Part shown: positions 27,622 through 39,854 of the stretch, one piece after another
How the letters are laid out: every line of letters starts with the position of its first letter
How positions within the stretch are numbered: position 1 is the first letter of the stretch
Assembly (NCBI RefSeq): GCF_009914755.1
Contig: NC_060944.1
Strand: one strand, 5' to 3'
Length of the DNA: 64,000 bases
Origin: the human T2T-CHM13v2.0 reference genome, Homo sapiens
Translations under genes and position numbers: made by a program
The notes under the pieces: generated by a model
What the model saw: the letters and a program-made list of their open reading frames with translations, nothing else
What the model was told of the DNA's origin: nothing
Database searches by the model: none

Positions 27622-27827
27622 AACTTCAAACAGGATTGTCAAAAGAACTGATTGATGGTCAACACTAAATGTATATCTGTGTGTATTGATTCAAATGTAA
27701 ATACCAAATTAATAATAACTATAAAATTTGGAGTAGGTAAAATAATAAAACTGAAAAAGTAAAAATACTGTAATGAATAATAAGTTAGAAGGTTTCAGAG
27801 GAAATTAAAAGAAGTGTTAGATTTCTT

Positions 27828-28117
<290 letters not shown>

Positions 28118-28614
28118 TAGATTTCTTAACTATGCAGTTGAATATATCACAGCTGTAAAATTGTAGGTTAAAATAACTACAAATTCTTAGTGTCATTTAC
28201 AATTTTTTTTCTAAATTTTGGGGAGATGAGAGAAACTATCTTTTGGAGGGTAGAATCATTTATTTTCATTTAAATAACTATATTTATATTGAGTATTATT
28301 CTGTTAAATTTGACAAAATATTCAATATTTTGTATTTTAAAATCATCCAAAACATAACATTTCCCTGGAGCTTTTCTTTTTTTTTCTTCCAATCATCACC
28401 CACTAACCCATTCAACCACCTATCCATGTAGGTTTATAGGAAGATACTTGGAATGCTGTTTGTGCCATGTTACTTATGCTATTTTTGCGTGGTTGAATTT
28501 GGAGCTATTTTTAAATTTTATATTTTCGTTTTTTCACAGACTATTTATTTATAATGAGCATTATTGATTTAGAGAAAACAATGTACTACACATCTTTGTT
28601 TTAAACTTTTTTTT

Positions 28615-28749
28615 TAATTTACTCAGTCTACTGATTCAAATGTTGATCTCTTCTGAAAATACCCTCATGGGCACACCCAGAAATAATATTTGATAAGCCA
28701 TCTTGGCATTCCTTAGCTTAGTCAAACTGACATAAAATCAACTATTACA
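28615..28749 (-). mobile_element. MLT2 (ERVL) LTR 5' fragment
   Basis: CACACCCAGAAATAATATTTG...AGTCAAACTGACATAAAATCAACTATTACA, reverse of the MLT2 start. Confidence 0.8.
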
Positions 28750-29853
28750 AGTGCTTAATTATGAGTAGTAGCAGTGTAAATAATATCTTTTCTTGTATTC
28801 TGTCATACTTTTTATTTTAAAAAGTTACATTTTCCATGAGGAGAAAACATTTAGTAGTTCATTCTGCAGAATCTATGTAGAAAGGACTTCTATCATTCCT
28901 TCAGAAGACAACTGCTAGAACAGAAAAAAAATTGAGGAAACACAGAACACAGACCTTCATTTCTGCTTCTCTTTTCTTTGGCTGAATCCCAAACAGCTAA
29001 GCCCAGTAATATTGGCTTGGACAACCAGATGTTCTCTTTCACTTGTACTCTCTCTTTGACTTCTGGGCTAAGTGGTAACTTTGTGGAGTCTTAAGAGAAG
29101 TATGGAGTTGGGGGAAAATTACTTAGAAACAAAATCAAAGGAAGCCACAAAAGTAAAAACCGCATCTGTCATAAAGGAATGTAACAAAGCTTGCAAACTC
29201 TGGAATGATGAAGAGGCAGCAGGCTTTGTGCTGAGTTCAGTCATTTCTCTCAGCTATTAAATATTGTCAAGTATCTGTGCTCCTTCTTGACTCTAAATGA
29301 AGCTTCCTTCACTCCCTTTAGATTCATTTATTATGCAGTGAGACATTTTTTTTTTCTTTGGAAGAAGGGACTAATATACTTGCACAGGCCAGCTTTTGTT
29401 TATTTGTCTGCACCAACAAACTTGCAAAATCGTCCTCTTGAAAAGGTAAAATCACCTATGCATAAATTTCACCTGGAAAATTACTGCTTGTTACAAATGT
29501 GAAATACATAGACTGTCTAAGGCAAAGCTACTGAAAGCTTCATTCTTAAGGACATCAACTTACGTTGAGTATAAAATAATACTGGATAAATTTGCCAAGT
29601 TTAATTGGGAATTTTAAAAAATCAAATCACCTCTAAATAATTATATAAGGTATGAGTTAACTGGATACTTGGAGAATCCTCTTCTTCACTGAAAGAGATG
29701 AGATCCTATGACTCTAAGCTTAAAACCCTTCACTGGATGCTGATGGCACCTGGTTCCTAAGGAGGCCATTGCAGGTCCAAAGTGAGGTGAGGAAACGAAG
29801 GAGAATGGAAGGGGGTTTCCATGAAGCTAGATTTTTTCCCAATCTAATATATT

Positions 29854-30401
29854 TATGGTTTGCCAAATAATGCTGTCCTCCTCCCTGCCAACACACACAC
29901 CAAGTACCCACTTCTTAATCCCCAGAACCTGAGCTCGATTACTGTGTTATCTTCCATGGCAAAGGGACTTTGCAGATGGGATTAAGTTAAAGCCATGGAG
30001 GCAGGGAATTTATCTTGGATTATTCAAATGGGGCTACATGAATCCTTTAAAGTGGAGAACATCTCTCAGTTTTCGTCAGAGAAAGGGATGTGATTATGGA
30101 AAGGGGATCAGAGTGATCTGATGTGAAAGGGACTTATCTATCCCATCCTTGCTGGCTTCCCATGGAGGAAGGCACCATGAACCATGGTATAAGAGCAGCC
30201 TCTGCAAGCCGGAAAAGGCAAGAAACAAAGTTCCTCCTAGAGCTTTCAGAATGGAGTGCAGCCCTGTCGACACCTTGGTTTTAGCTGAGGGAGACCCATG
30301 TCCGAACTGTGATCACAAATACTGTACGATAATAAAGTTGTGCTACTTTAAACCATGAAGTTTGTGGTAATTTGTTATGGCAGCAACAGAAAACTAATAC
30401 A
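29854..30401 (+). mobile_element. MLT1D-like solo LTR
   Basis: CTTAATCCCCAGAACCTG...ATGGCAAAGGGACTTTGCAGATGGGATTAAGTTAA...AAACTAATACA; perfect TSD ATATT (29849-29853 / 30402-30406). Confidence 0.92.
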
Positions 30402-30599
30402 ATATTTTTATTGTTTTTTGTTTGGGCGGTGGTGTTATTTCTAGTTTATTTCTTCCTTGCCAAAATGAAATATAATTATCCTGTGTTAATCCCCTAATCT
30501 GAATTCTCCACTCCTTCTGCCTTACATGTACCTCTTCCTCCTTTCTTCCCTTTCTTCTTTTTTAAAAATTGTGTTATGAAATTTAACTGTTGACACATA

Positions 30600-31970
30600 G
30601 AATAAACTCCCTGGTTCTTGTCCATGACGCATTCTATGTATGGCTCTTCTAATCCGGTCCCTCCTTCCAGTTGCATGCCCACCCCCAACTCTTTAACCTC
30701 TAATACGGTAAATCTCAGACTTCCCAGTGATCACAATTCCTCTGGTACTTGTGAAGATGCACACGCCCACTTCCCACCATGCACCTGCTGAATCAGCATC
30801 TCCCAGAGAGGGATCTGAAAATCTATGTATTTAGCAAGGCATATAGTCATTTGTTAATTATGAGAAACACCATTTTATTAGCAGCACCAAACCTAATATC
30901 CCCTGTATGTGCTATGCCCTCCCCACAACCCATTCATGCCTCTAATCAGGTTTCCTTCTGCTAGAATTCCCTCACTCCTCTCCTTCTTCCCATTCTGGTT
31001 CCTTCCCTGACTTTACCAGGCCATCTTCTCTTCCTAATTGATGTTATTTGATCCGGATTCTCACTTCCTGTGAGTCCCCTAGCTGACCCTCTATCTTCAA
31101 ATCATGTAGAGCATTCACATAAATGATGATGGCTGCATTTACCATATTGTCCTGTAATCATCTGTTTGTCAGTCTTTCTTCATCAGCAAGATTGTGTCCT
31201 TGGATGCAGGGATTGTGCCTTGCTCATTTTTCTCCTCTAAGGCCCAGCAGGTGCTGAAGATGTATTAGATGCTAAGCAAGTGCTTTCAAGAGGAATGAGT
31301 GAAAGAATGGTCACAGGAATGAATTAAATACTAAAGGCATCACATAATGAGCTAATTCTCTACTTTCTCTTTTTTAAGCACCATGCTCCTTTCAGTTAAT
31401 AGCCTAAGGGGATTCAATTTAGAGAGCCTGTCACAAATGTCCATATGAGAAAGGAAATCTGGTGTGTGGGGTTTCTGGGTTAGAAAGAAAGAAGTCATGC
31501 TATGCCAACTTTACCTTCAAAATGTATTTCACTTATTACTAAACACTTCTCACAACTCCATGGACAGCATGCTGGTCCAAGTGTCTGTCATTTCTTTGGC
31601 CTCACAGTGGTTCTTGAATATAATAAGCACAGGGGCTTTTGCCCTGGCTATTCCCTCTGTCCTAGATAGTATTTATATACGGTGGTATATGTATCATGGC
31701 TCAATTCCTCTCGGAGAGGGTTTGTCTAAGTGACCTATCTCAAATATTGCTCCTATCACAAGTGGTTTAATTTACCCTGCTATATTCTTTATTTTCTCTA
31801 TAGTGCTTATATAGGATGTATATTGTACATTTTTTTCTATCTTGCTAATAAGAATATAAGTTCCATGAAGGCAGAAATTTTGTCTGCTGTATTCACTGTT
31901 CTATCCCCAGGACTTAGAATCATTCCATGTATACAGCAGGTGTTCAGTACAGATCTGTTGGATGTTGAAT
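30600..31970 (+). mobile_element. L2 fragments (about 30600-31310 and 31500-31970) with a MER5-like piece at about 30720-30870
   Basis: AGAATATAAGTTCCATGAAGGCAGAAATTTTGTCTGCTGTATTCACTG...CAGGTGTTCAG (L2 3' end); CCTGCTGAATCAGCATCTC (MER5). Confidence 0.65.
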
Positions 31971-32377
31971 ACGGGTGTGGCAGAATATTCCAGTAGAACC
32001 AAGCAGCCTAGTCATTACATAATACAAGGTGCGATACATGCATACACTCATCCCACCCAGGACACATCAGACATCTTAAGGTGGCATTTTAAATGCACCT
32101 TAATTTATATCTGCAATTGCTAAGACACAAAAATTTAATGAATATTTTCTTCCATGTTTTTTTTACGTCTATTTCCTCAGAAAGCATGGGAGATTTTGCC
32201 TGTCCGTTGTTGCCATCGTTTTCCCTTGTTAAAGTAGTCCCCCAACCTACTGCCCGTTGCAGCCTGAGGGAACAAGGCTGGGTTTTTGTGGATGATGGTG
32301 TCCTGACGCAGGTCCACTTTAGTTTTTCCTATTCCTATGGTGATGCTGCTGAGGACCAATTAAAAATAAACAAATTG

Positions 32378-32721
<344 letters not shown>

Positions 32722-33661
32722 TCATTTAACTTTTACAACAGAGCCATTTGTTCCTTGTCCAGCCTCCCCCAGAATGCCGTCTTGGTTTGAATTCCTGGAG
32801 CGGTGTGGGGCAACCATCTGTATGACGTGACCCCAGGAATTGTTTTTCAACTGCATGATATCTCTGTTATATCACGTCTAGAACTTTGCTAACTTCAGGC
32901 ATGGTATTATCTTCCTACCTAGGAGTCTCTCACTTCATTTTGCTCATGCCCTGGAGGGATTTCTGAACTCTGATCCAGTTTTTTTTCCCTCACCTTGAAG
33001 TGTTTTTTTTTTCCTTCTAATACTATAAATGTAGCAATTGTAGTCTTGTCTCTTATATGTTGATTTCAATTCTTTGTTTTCCCCAGTTTTTCTTTTCTAT
33101 CTTTGACGGCTTGAGATTTTTTTCTAATCCGCAAGAGTAAAATATATACTCCAGCGACCACTGTCATAGGCTACGTGGTTTTCTGTTTTGAGGTTTTGAG
33201 TTACATTTCTGTTGCTTCCTGGTCAACTCTGTACATCTCATGGCCCTGATGACATGGTAGTCACCGTGTCGTAGGTATCCTGTTCATTTGCTGGGCAGGA
33301 ACAGCTGTCAGACAGTACATTTGATGGCTTTTCACAGAATCAGTCCTGCCTTTGAAATTATATTCTAAAAGCTCTTAGATGTCCATATCCACATTTCTTT
33401 GCCTGAAAAGAGAATAAAAGGGAAGAAAAAATATGTTGGATATATCAAAACGCATCAATTCTTTCTTCCCTCACCCATCCTTTCCATCTCCAAGTGCACT
33501 GTCCACAATATGTCCACAATATGGACATGTGCTTTGAACTCATATGGCTGGGAAGAATAGAAGGGAAGTGGATGTAATCTTGCCTGAGACCATGGTTATC
33601 ACAGGGTGAAAGCAGGATGAGTCTGGGCTATCAGAAAACCCAAAGTCAGTGTATGCTAATC

Positions 33662-33755
33662 TAAGGTGACTAACCTGTCCTAGTTTTCTTGAGATTTTCC
33701 CAGTTTTAGCACAGGAATTCATGTCTTGAGAAAAACAGGATGATTTATCGCCCTA
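33662..33755. mobile_element. MER81-like hAT MITE
   Basis: TAAGGTGACTAACCTGTCC...CCCAGTTTTAGCAC...ATCGCCCTA with degenerate terminal inverted repeats. Confidence 0.7.
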
Positions 33756-34697
33756 CAGAATCATTCAAACACAACTCTAAGTGCCTACTCTGTGCCCAGC
33801 ATTGCCCTTCAGGTAACTTGTGGTTTGGTCAGCCAGTCCCGTAGCCTGTCCTCATCTGCATTTGTCTTTCTTATGTTTCCATAAACCTTTAGAGGTTGCC
33901 CTTGTGTTAACAATTTCACATTCATGCCTGGGCTTGGTCGTCCTGAATGTTTGACCCTGTTAATTTGATTTTATTCTCTGACACGAACTTGGGCTGCCAT
34001 AAATCCAAAATGAAAATGCTGTTTGGAGTCACAATGAAAATGGAATGCGAGAAGATTCTAGAGAAGACAAAATAACCCAAAGAAAAGAAGTATGGAAGGC
34101 AGGGGTAGCAAGGCGGAGCTGTGCCCTGTCACGGCACACAGAGAATGCCCATGGATTTTCACAAATGCTGTTAAAATGTGAAAAGAAGGTGTTTCTTTTT
34201 TCTTCAATCTGAGCTTCAAGCTAATATGGGCATTCAGCTAAATCCCTCCTGGGTCCTGAAACAGTATGTGGTTTTGGATTTCAAAGGTAATTATTGCTGA
34301 ATTCATTGTATGGCCAGTGCACCTGCCAGGTAGACATTATAAAAGAGCATGCAGGGGGCCACCAAGAGAATTTGGAGGACAATTTCTCCATCACAAAACC
34401 CCTTTGAAAGCCTATTAAGGCATCAAGTGCCAGGAATGGAGTTGAACATATTCATAATACAGTTAACAATGCAAATGAAGCAACAGTTCCAGGTCGGAGA
34501 AAATGCCGATGCTTACCTGAGAAATTCGGGCTCCATTGTATTGTGTCTGTCCTGCAATTGACTCACAGTGAGTTATCTTGTAGAAAAGTGGCATATTTGC
34601 ATATTTAGATCCTGCCTGGGATAAGCAAGAGAAATACATGTTCTGGCTTTCTGAAATGAAATTGAGAGAGAAAAAGGGGGCACATATTGCTCAATAT

Positions 34698-34990
34698 GCT
34701 CATTTATTCATTAAAAATACAAGTATGTACATCTCTCAGGCCTTCATTGGGCAACTGCCCTTGGGAGAAAATAGAGACAAATAAGAATAATAAAAAGCCA
34801 GCAGCCCTGTCCTGATGGAACTTAAGATCTAGTGGGAGAATCAGAAATAAATTGAATAATTACCCACGTTAATATAAAATTGCAAATGTAATAAGACCCT
34901 CAAGAAGAGGTACCAGGATTTCTGAAAGCACAGAGTAGAAGAATTTGAACCAGTTGGGGACTTCCCTGAGAAACTGAAATTAGGCTGAGG
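34698..34990 (-). mobile_element. L2 fragment
   Basis: GCCCTGTCCTGATGGAACTTAAGATCTAGTGGGAGA motif. Confidence 0.65.
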
Positions 34991-35104
34991 TGGGCAGTGT
35001 TCACACTTGCTCGCTGCCTAATCTGGGACAGCACTGCCGACAGCTTGACCTGCATTTCTCCAAGTCTCCACAACTAATTTTGTAGGTAGACATTGTCCCT
35101 TCAC

Positions 35105-35259
35105 ACCCTCAATAATCTTATGGGAAGTGTTTAATAACCTTAGGAAGAATACTCCACCATTGTCAGTAACCGTAAGGGGAATGGCCCATCACCCTCAGTA
35201 ACCTTAGGAGAAATATCCCGTCATAATCAGTAACCTAAGGAAGAATATTTTATTACAGT
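35105..35259. repeat. Diverged minisatellite with 32-bp period
   Basis: Units start at 35133, 35165, 35197 and 35229 (ARTAACC.TAGG.AGAAT core), plus a partial unit upstream. Confidence 0.85.
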
Positions 35260-35745
35260 CCTAGACTAGAGGCTTCCTGAACAACCTCTCTTTTGTACCT
35301 CTGTAACTATTCCTGTACTGCAAAAGTCCAAATCCTGCATAGAGTAGCAACTCAGATATTAGTCAAATTAATTTATTTATTCCCACCCTACAGATTTGAA
35401 AAATGTGGCCTAGAAAGGTTAACTAGTGTGCTGAAAGCCATATAGCTAGTAAGAGGCAGAGCCATGATCACTACCAAGCTCTCTGTGTCCAGAATAAAAG
35501 GGAGTGGCATTCAGATTAGAGGGCACAGCAAGAGCCTCATGCATATTCCTGCAAAGGACAAGGATTTGCTGCCTTTCCTGTACATCCCTAAAGAGAAGGA
35601 CCTTCAACTCCTCCTTCTGGTCACGTGTATTTCCCCTGAAAGCAGAACCTAGGCAGTGTTTTTTGCCTTCATGGTCAAGAAACACATGTCAGCAAATGGT
35701 AGAGAGAGGGTTGTGCTGCTTTGAGACACGGGCTCCCAAGATCGC

Positions 35746-35900
35746 CTATCTTGCTGATAAAAGTACAGATAAGCCTGTCAGATAAGCCTCCTGCTGCAAT
35801 GACTGAGGTCTCCAGCTCTGGATTGCTTGCTGTGGACAATTCCTCTTGGAAAGCTGTGCAAGCACCTTTTGAAAACCACACAACACTGAGAAGCTTCCTT
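35746..35900. promoter_or_regulatory. Candidate enhancer: four GATA sites plus RUNX and ETS motifs
   Basis: CTATCT 35746, TGATAA 35755, AGATAA 35767 and 35780, AACCACA 35874, CTTCCT about 35894; motif evidence only. Confidence 0.4.
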
Positions 35901-36829
35901 CCAGCAGAAGCACAAAAACTGGAAACCTTGAGGCTTCACCCATGTGGATTAAGTAAAATGTTTTAAGTGACTCGGAGGCTACTTATAAAAAACAATTTAC
36001 ATAAATTGATGTTCTATTCGAAGAGGGTAGAGAGGGTGGTTTTAATTTTTTCAAAACTTTCCTCTTAGTTTTAATAGTGGCAGTGGCCTCGAAGAAGCAA
36101 CTCCTTTTAATAAAACATGCTTGTAAATTTATTGAGACAGACTCCAGTTGACCCTATTTCAGGCGAACCTCTGGGGCCTCCCACATACAGCTGTCATGAG
36201 TGCTGAGGAGCCTGGGATTTGAGTTGCTGGAGGAGTCCATTCTCCATGACTCATGCTTTCTGGGCTCTGAGATGCTCCAATTCATTTCAGGGTATTTAAT
36301 TTCTAAGAGTATTCAAGGTTTTGTTGAAGATCTAAACAGTGCTTAGAAATTTTTACCCTGGTTTACCTTGATGAAAATGAACCTGGGAGGACTGAGGTGC
36401 AAGCATACAATAATCACACACACACAAAAGACAAATACTAAGCTCATCCATGTGGCCCAGACAGGAAAAATGTCATAAATATAAAATCATGGATTATAAT
36501 GTGGTTACATATAGTTACTTATTTTATTGTCCTTGTTTTTTTAAGAGGTGATATGTGAATATGGTAAATATTTTAAACAGATTAAAATTATTTTCTAATT
36601 AGAGATAATTCTCTCTCCTTCTCTCTCATGTCACCCAGTTTTCCATTTACCCTCCAAAAAGATAGCAACATAATGAATTTCTTCTAGACTCTTCCAGAAA
36701 TATGTGTTGTCCATTTAAACATATATTTTCCATCCTCTAACATATACTTTTATACATGGATATAGTATGTGGACAGTATTATGCATTTTGATTTTTAGTT
36801 AATAATAAATCTTTTGAGGTACCCACTTC

Positions 36830-38070
36830 AATAATAATAATAACAACAGCAGCAAACAAACCCATATAGAGTATGTGTCTAAACCTGGCACTTTTCTAAA
36901 TTATTTTCAGATAATCCCTACAACTTCTGGGAGAGGTGCAAGTATCAACCAGTTGGAGACACAGGGAAAGGGTGATATAATGCAGAAAGTGACTTGAACA
37001 AATTTACACAGAAGGCAGTGAAGTGTGATTCAAATTCAAGCAGTCTAGACTGTGCCCCACACAACTCTGCAGCATAACCTTGCAGTATGAAAATAATGCC
37101 TCTCATGCAGGTATGCCTTATTCTTTTTAAGAGCTGCATAATATTCCTTTGCATGGATGTATCATTGATTTATTTTGTTCACTGTTAGTGATGTCTTAGA
37201 CTTTTTCCTACAGTTTGCCATTGTGAGCAATGTTTCAATTTTTGAATATTTCACCACGCTTTTGAACCCATACTAACCGCACATATTTGTAAAATCAATT
37301 AATCAATTTATAGTAGTAGATTTATAGGCTTTTTAAACACCAAAAGCTAATTTTCTTCTTACTAGTAGGGAGATATGGATGGGACTTACTGAAACAAGTC
37401 ATATAATGCATCTCTATTCTTGCAGCCAAATGAAAATGGCCCCATCAAAGTGCAAGTGCTCACTAAATATTCGTTAAATGAAAGAATTAAATAGAAAAAG
37501 CTACCATTTAAAAACATTATCACAATGCTAAAAATATGTTGATTTATAAGATCTCATTAAGTTCATGCAATTAAAGCAACCATTATCCTCATTTTACAGA
37601 TCAGGGATATGAGATCCAGTGACTTACCCAAAGTTTCAAAGGAAAGATGTAACAGAGCCATCTCTGAACTTCTGCTCTTGGGAATCTACACACTCTTTCC
37701 ACTAGTTCTGACCTTAGCAGGTGTTTGACCCAGGACTTGCCCAACTTGGTTTCCATTTGTATAGAACTAATGCCAAATTTCAAAAGAAAATATTACATAC
37801 CATAATCAATAAAAACAAAATATCAAACATGTATTATGTGGGAAAGACTGAGATAAATACTTGGCATTGCATTACCTCAATACTGTTGGCAACCTTCCTA
37901 CGAGCCTCATGCAATTACTGCTACCACTTTGCAGATGAGAAAAAGAAAACTGATGCTAAGCAAAGTTTAGTAACTTGCCCAATATCACAAGAAGTAGTGA
38001 GTGACAGAGGAAGACTTAGCTCACATCTGAGTGTCTCCAAATCCCAAATCCCAAAGCCTCATGCTCTACC
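36830..38070 (-). mobile_element. Several MIR copies (about 36830-37075, 37550-37700, 37880-38070) among L1ME-like fragments
   Basis: CCTCATTTTACAGAT, TTTGCAGATGAGAAA...TAACTTGCCCAATATCACA and GTGACTTGAACAAATTTACACAG cores. Confidence 0.7.
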
Positions 38071-38869
38071 TTTTTACTGGAAGTTAAAATAAATATTATG
38101 ACAGATACCTTTTTAAAACCTTAAAGATGATATGTATTGGTCGTACTGATTCCTGAATGCATCTGTATTTCCTAAGGCTTTTCTGTCCTTTATTTTCAAG
38201 AGTCTTCCATATACCTCTTAGGGAATCTGTCTCAGCTAGTATTATAATGAGAACTATCATATAGCAAATATTTAGCTGCTTAATAAATAACTACATATTT
38301 TTTAAAAAATGACAAACTCACGAGAATTGGCCTTTACTTAATAATCACAAACACCAAGCTTATGAATATTTCATGCTCACTGCTTTCTGCTGAGAGCGTG
38401 AGCATCCTGCATTTCTATAGCTCCAGATTATGCAGGGAGCAATGGAAACCATATGTTTTGTGTGTTTTCTTTAACAATTTGATGATGGAAGAACACCTGG
38501 CAGTGTTGGAGATAATGTAAGAAATGGTCGCCTTTTGTTATTTGAGTGCTTGAAATAAAAATCTCAAATGGCAAGTTGTAATCCAAACCACAGTAATTAT
38601 AGAAGACAGTACAAAAAGGTATACATTTTAAATTCATACATCTAAATGAGTCTATCTGCAAGTAAGTAAACTGTATTCAATTTTCCACAGCAACTACCCC
38701 ATCAACACTATCACCCAAAACACTGATGACATGGTACTGCTCAAATGTTGGAAACTTTCAGTTTTGAGTTCAATTGTTTCTTTCTTTGTTCTTTCCTTTC
38801 TTCCTTCAATCAATGAATGTTAGAGTTGTTTTTAAGTGATCTCAGGAAGTACACAGTTCAATGAATATG

Positions 38870-39490
38870 AGGAGTAAGAAACCTAAATGAAGGATAGGAA
38901 GACAGAGAAGTCTTCCTCTAAGACGGAATGTTTAAATCTGGATGAGGGGATTGGTAAGAGTTTACCAGGCAGAAGGGTAGAACTCAGAGGAGGTTACAGG
39001 CATGGGAATAACTCACAGAAAGAAGCAGGTACTTTCTAGACATCGGAGGGAAGCCAGAGTGGCAATTGCGTAGTGACAAGGGGAGTGGCAACATGAGGCT
39101 GGCAGAAGCAGATAATGCAGAGCCTTGTAAAGCTTGATAAAGAGTTTGAACATTCGCTCAAGAACAGTCAGAAGCCATTGAAGGGTGTGAAGCTAGTGAG
39201 AGACAGAATCTGACTCAGGATTGTCAAGATTATTCTGGATGAGGGGAGACAGGAAGAGGAAGGGAGAGAGGTAACTTAGGACATAAGTGTAGTAATTCAG
39301 ATAAAATATTATGTTGGCCTGGAGACCTGGTCCGGAAGAGTGACAGTGAGCTGGAAAGAGGTGGGTGGACTGGAGAGATATTACAAAAATGAAATATACA
39401 GACAAGAGTGATTGATCAGGTGTTGGCAGTGAAAGAGGAAGATGTCAAGACTGACTTAGAGATGCATGACTTGACAAGCTGCAGACATGG
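38870..39490 (-). mobile_element. L2 fragment
   Basis: GCAGAGCCTTGTAAAGC...AAGAGTTTGAACATT...GAAGCCATTGAAGGG motif. Confidence 0.7.
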
Positions 39491-39854
39491 AGATCCGTTT
39501 TGAACTTTATGACATTATTTCAAAATTCTCTATTTTCTCTCCTGGGAATATTTAGCAAAAAGAAAAAAGCCTGTAGACCATTTTCAAATTGTGCTTAATC
39601 AAGCCAAGACTTGTGCCCACCTCTTCAGGGTGAGGAACGCCCTCTGTGTTCATTTTACTGCTCTATTTTCAGTGCCTGGTGTAGCATAGGGAGGGATAGA
39701 GTAGGTGTCCAATCATGAGTCTATACTAGGAGATGAGATGTGTTCCTAGCTGGGTTATAAGAATCTTGAGGAGGAAGGCTTCCCTGTCTTTATCCTCCAT
39801 TTTTTTCTGTCCTTCTTTATTTCCTTCTAAACTTTTTCCTAAGTTACTCATTTG

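Noticed and set aside
35133-35259. Repeat-spacer appearance suggesting a CRISPR array
   Set aside because: Primate DNA, the units are degenerate, the variable parts are short and related to each other, and there are no cas genes; treated as a minisatellite
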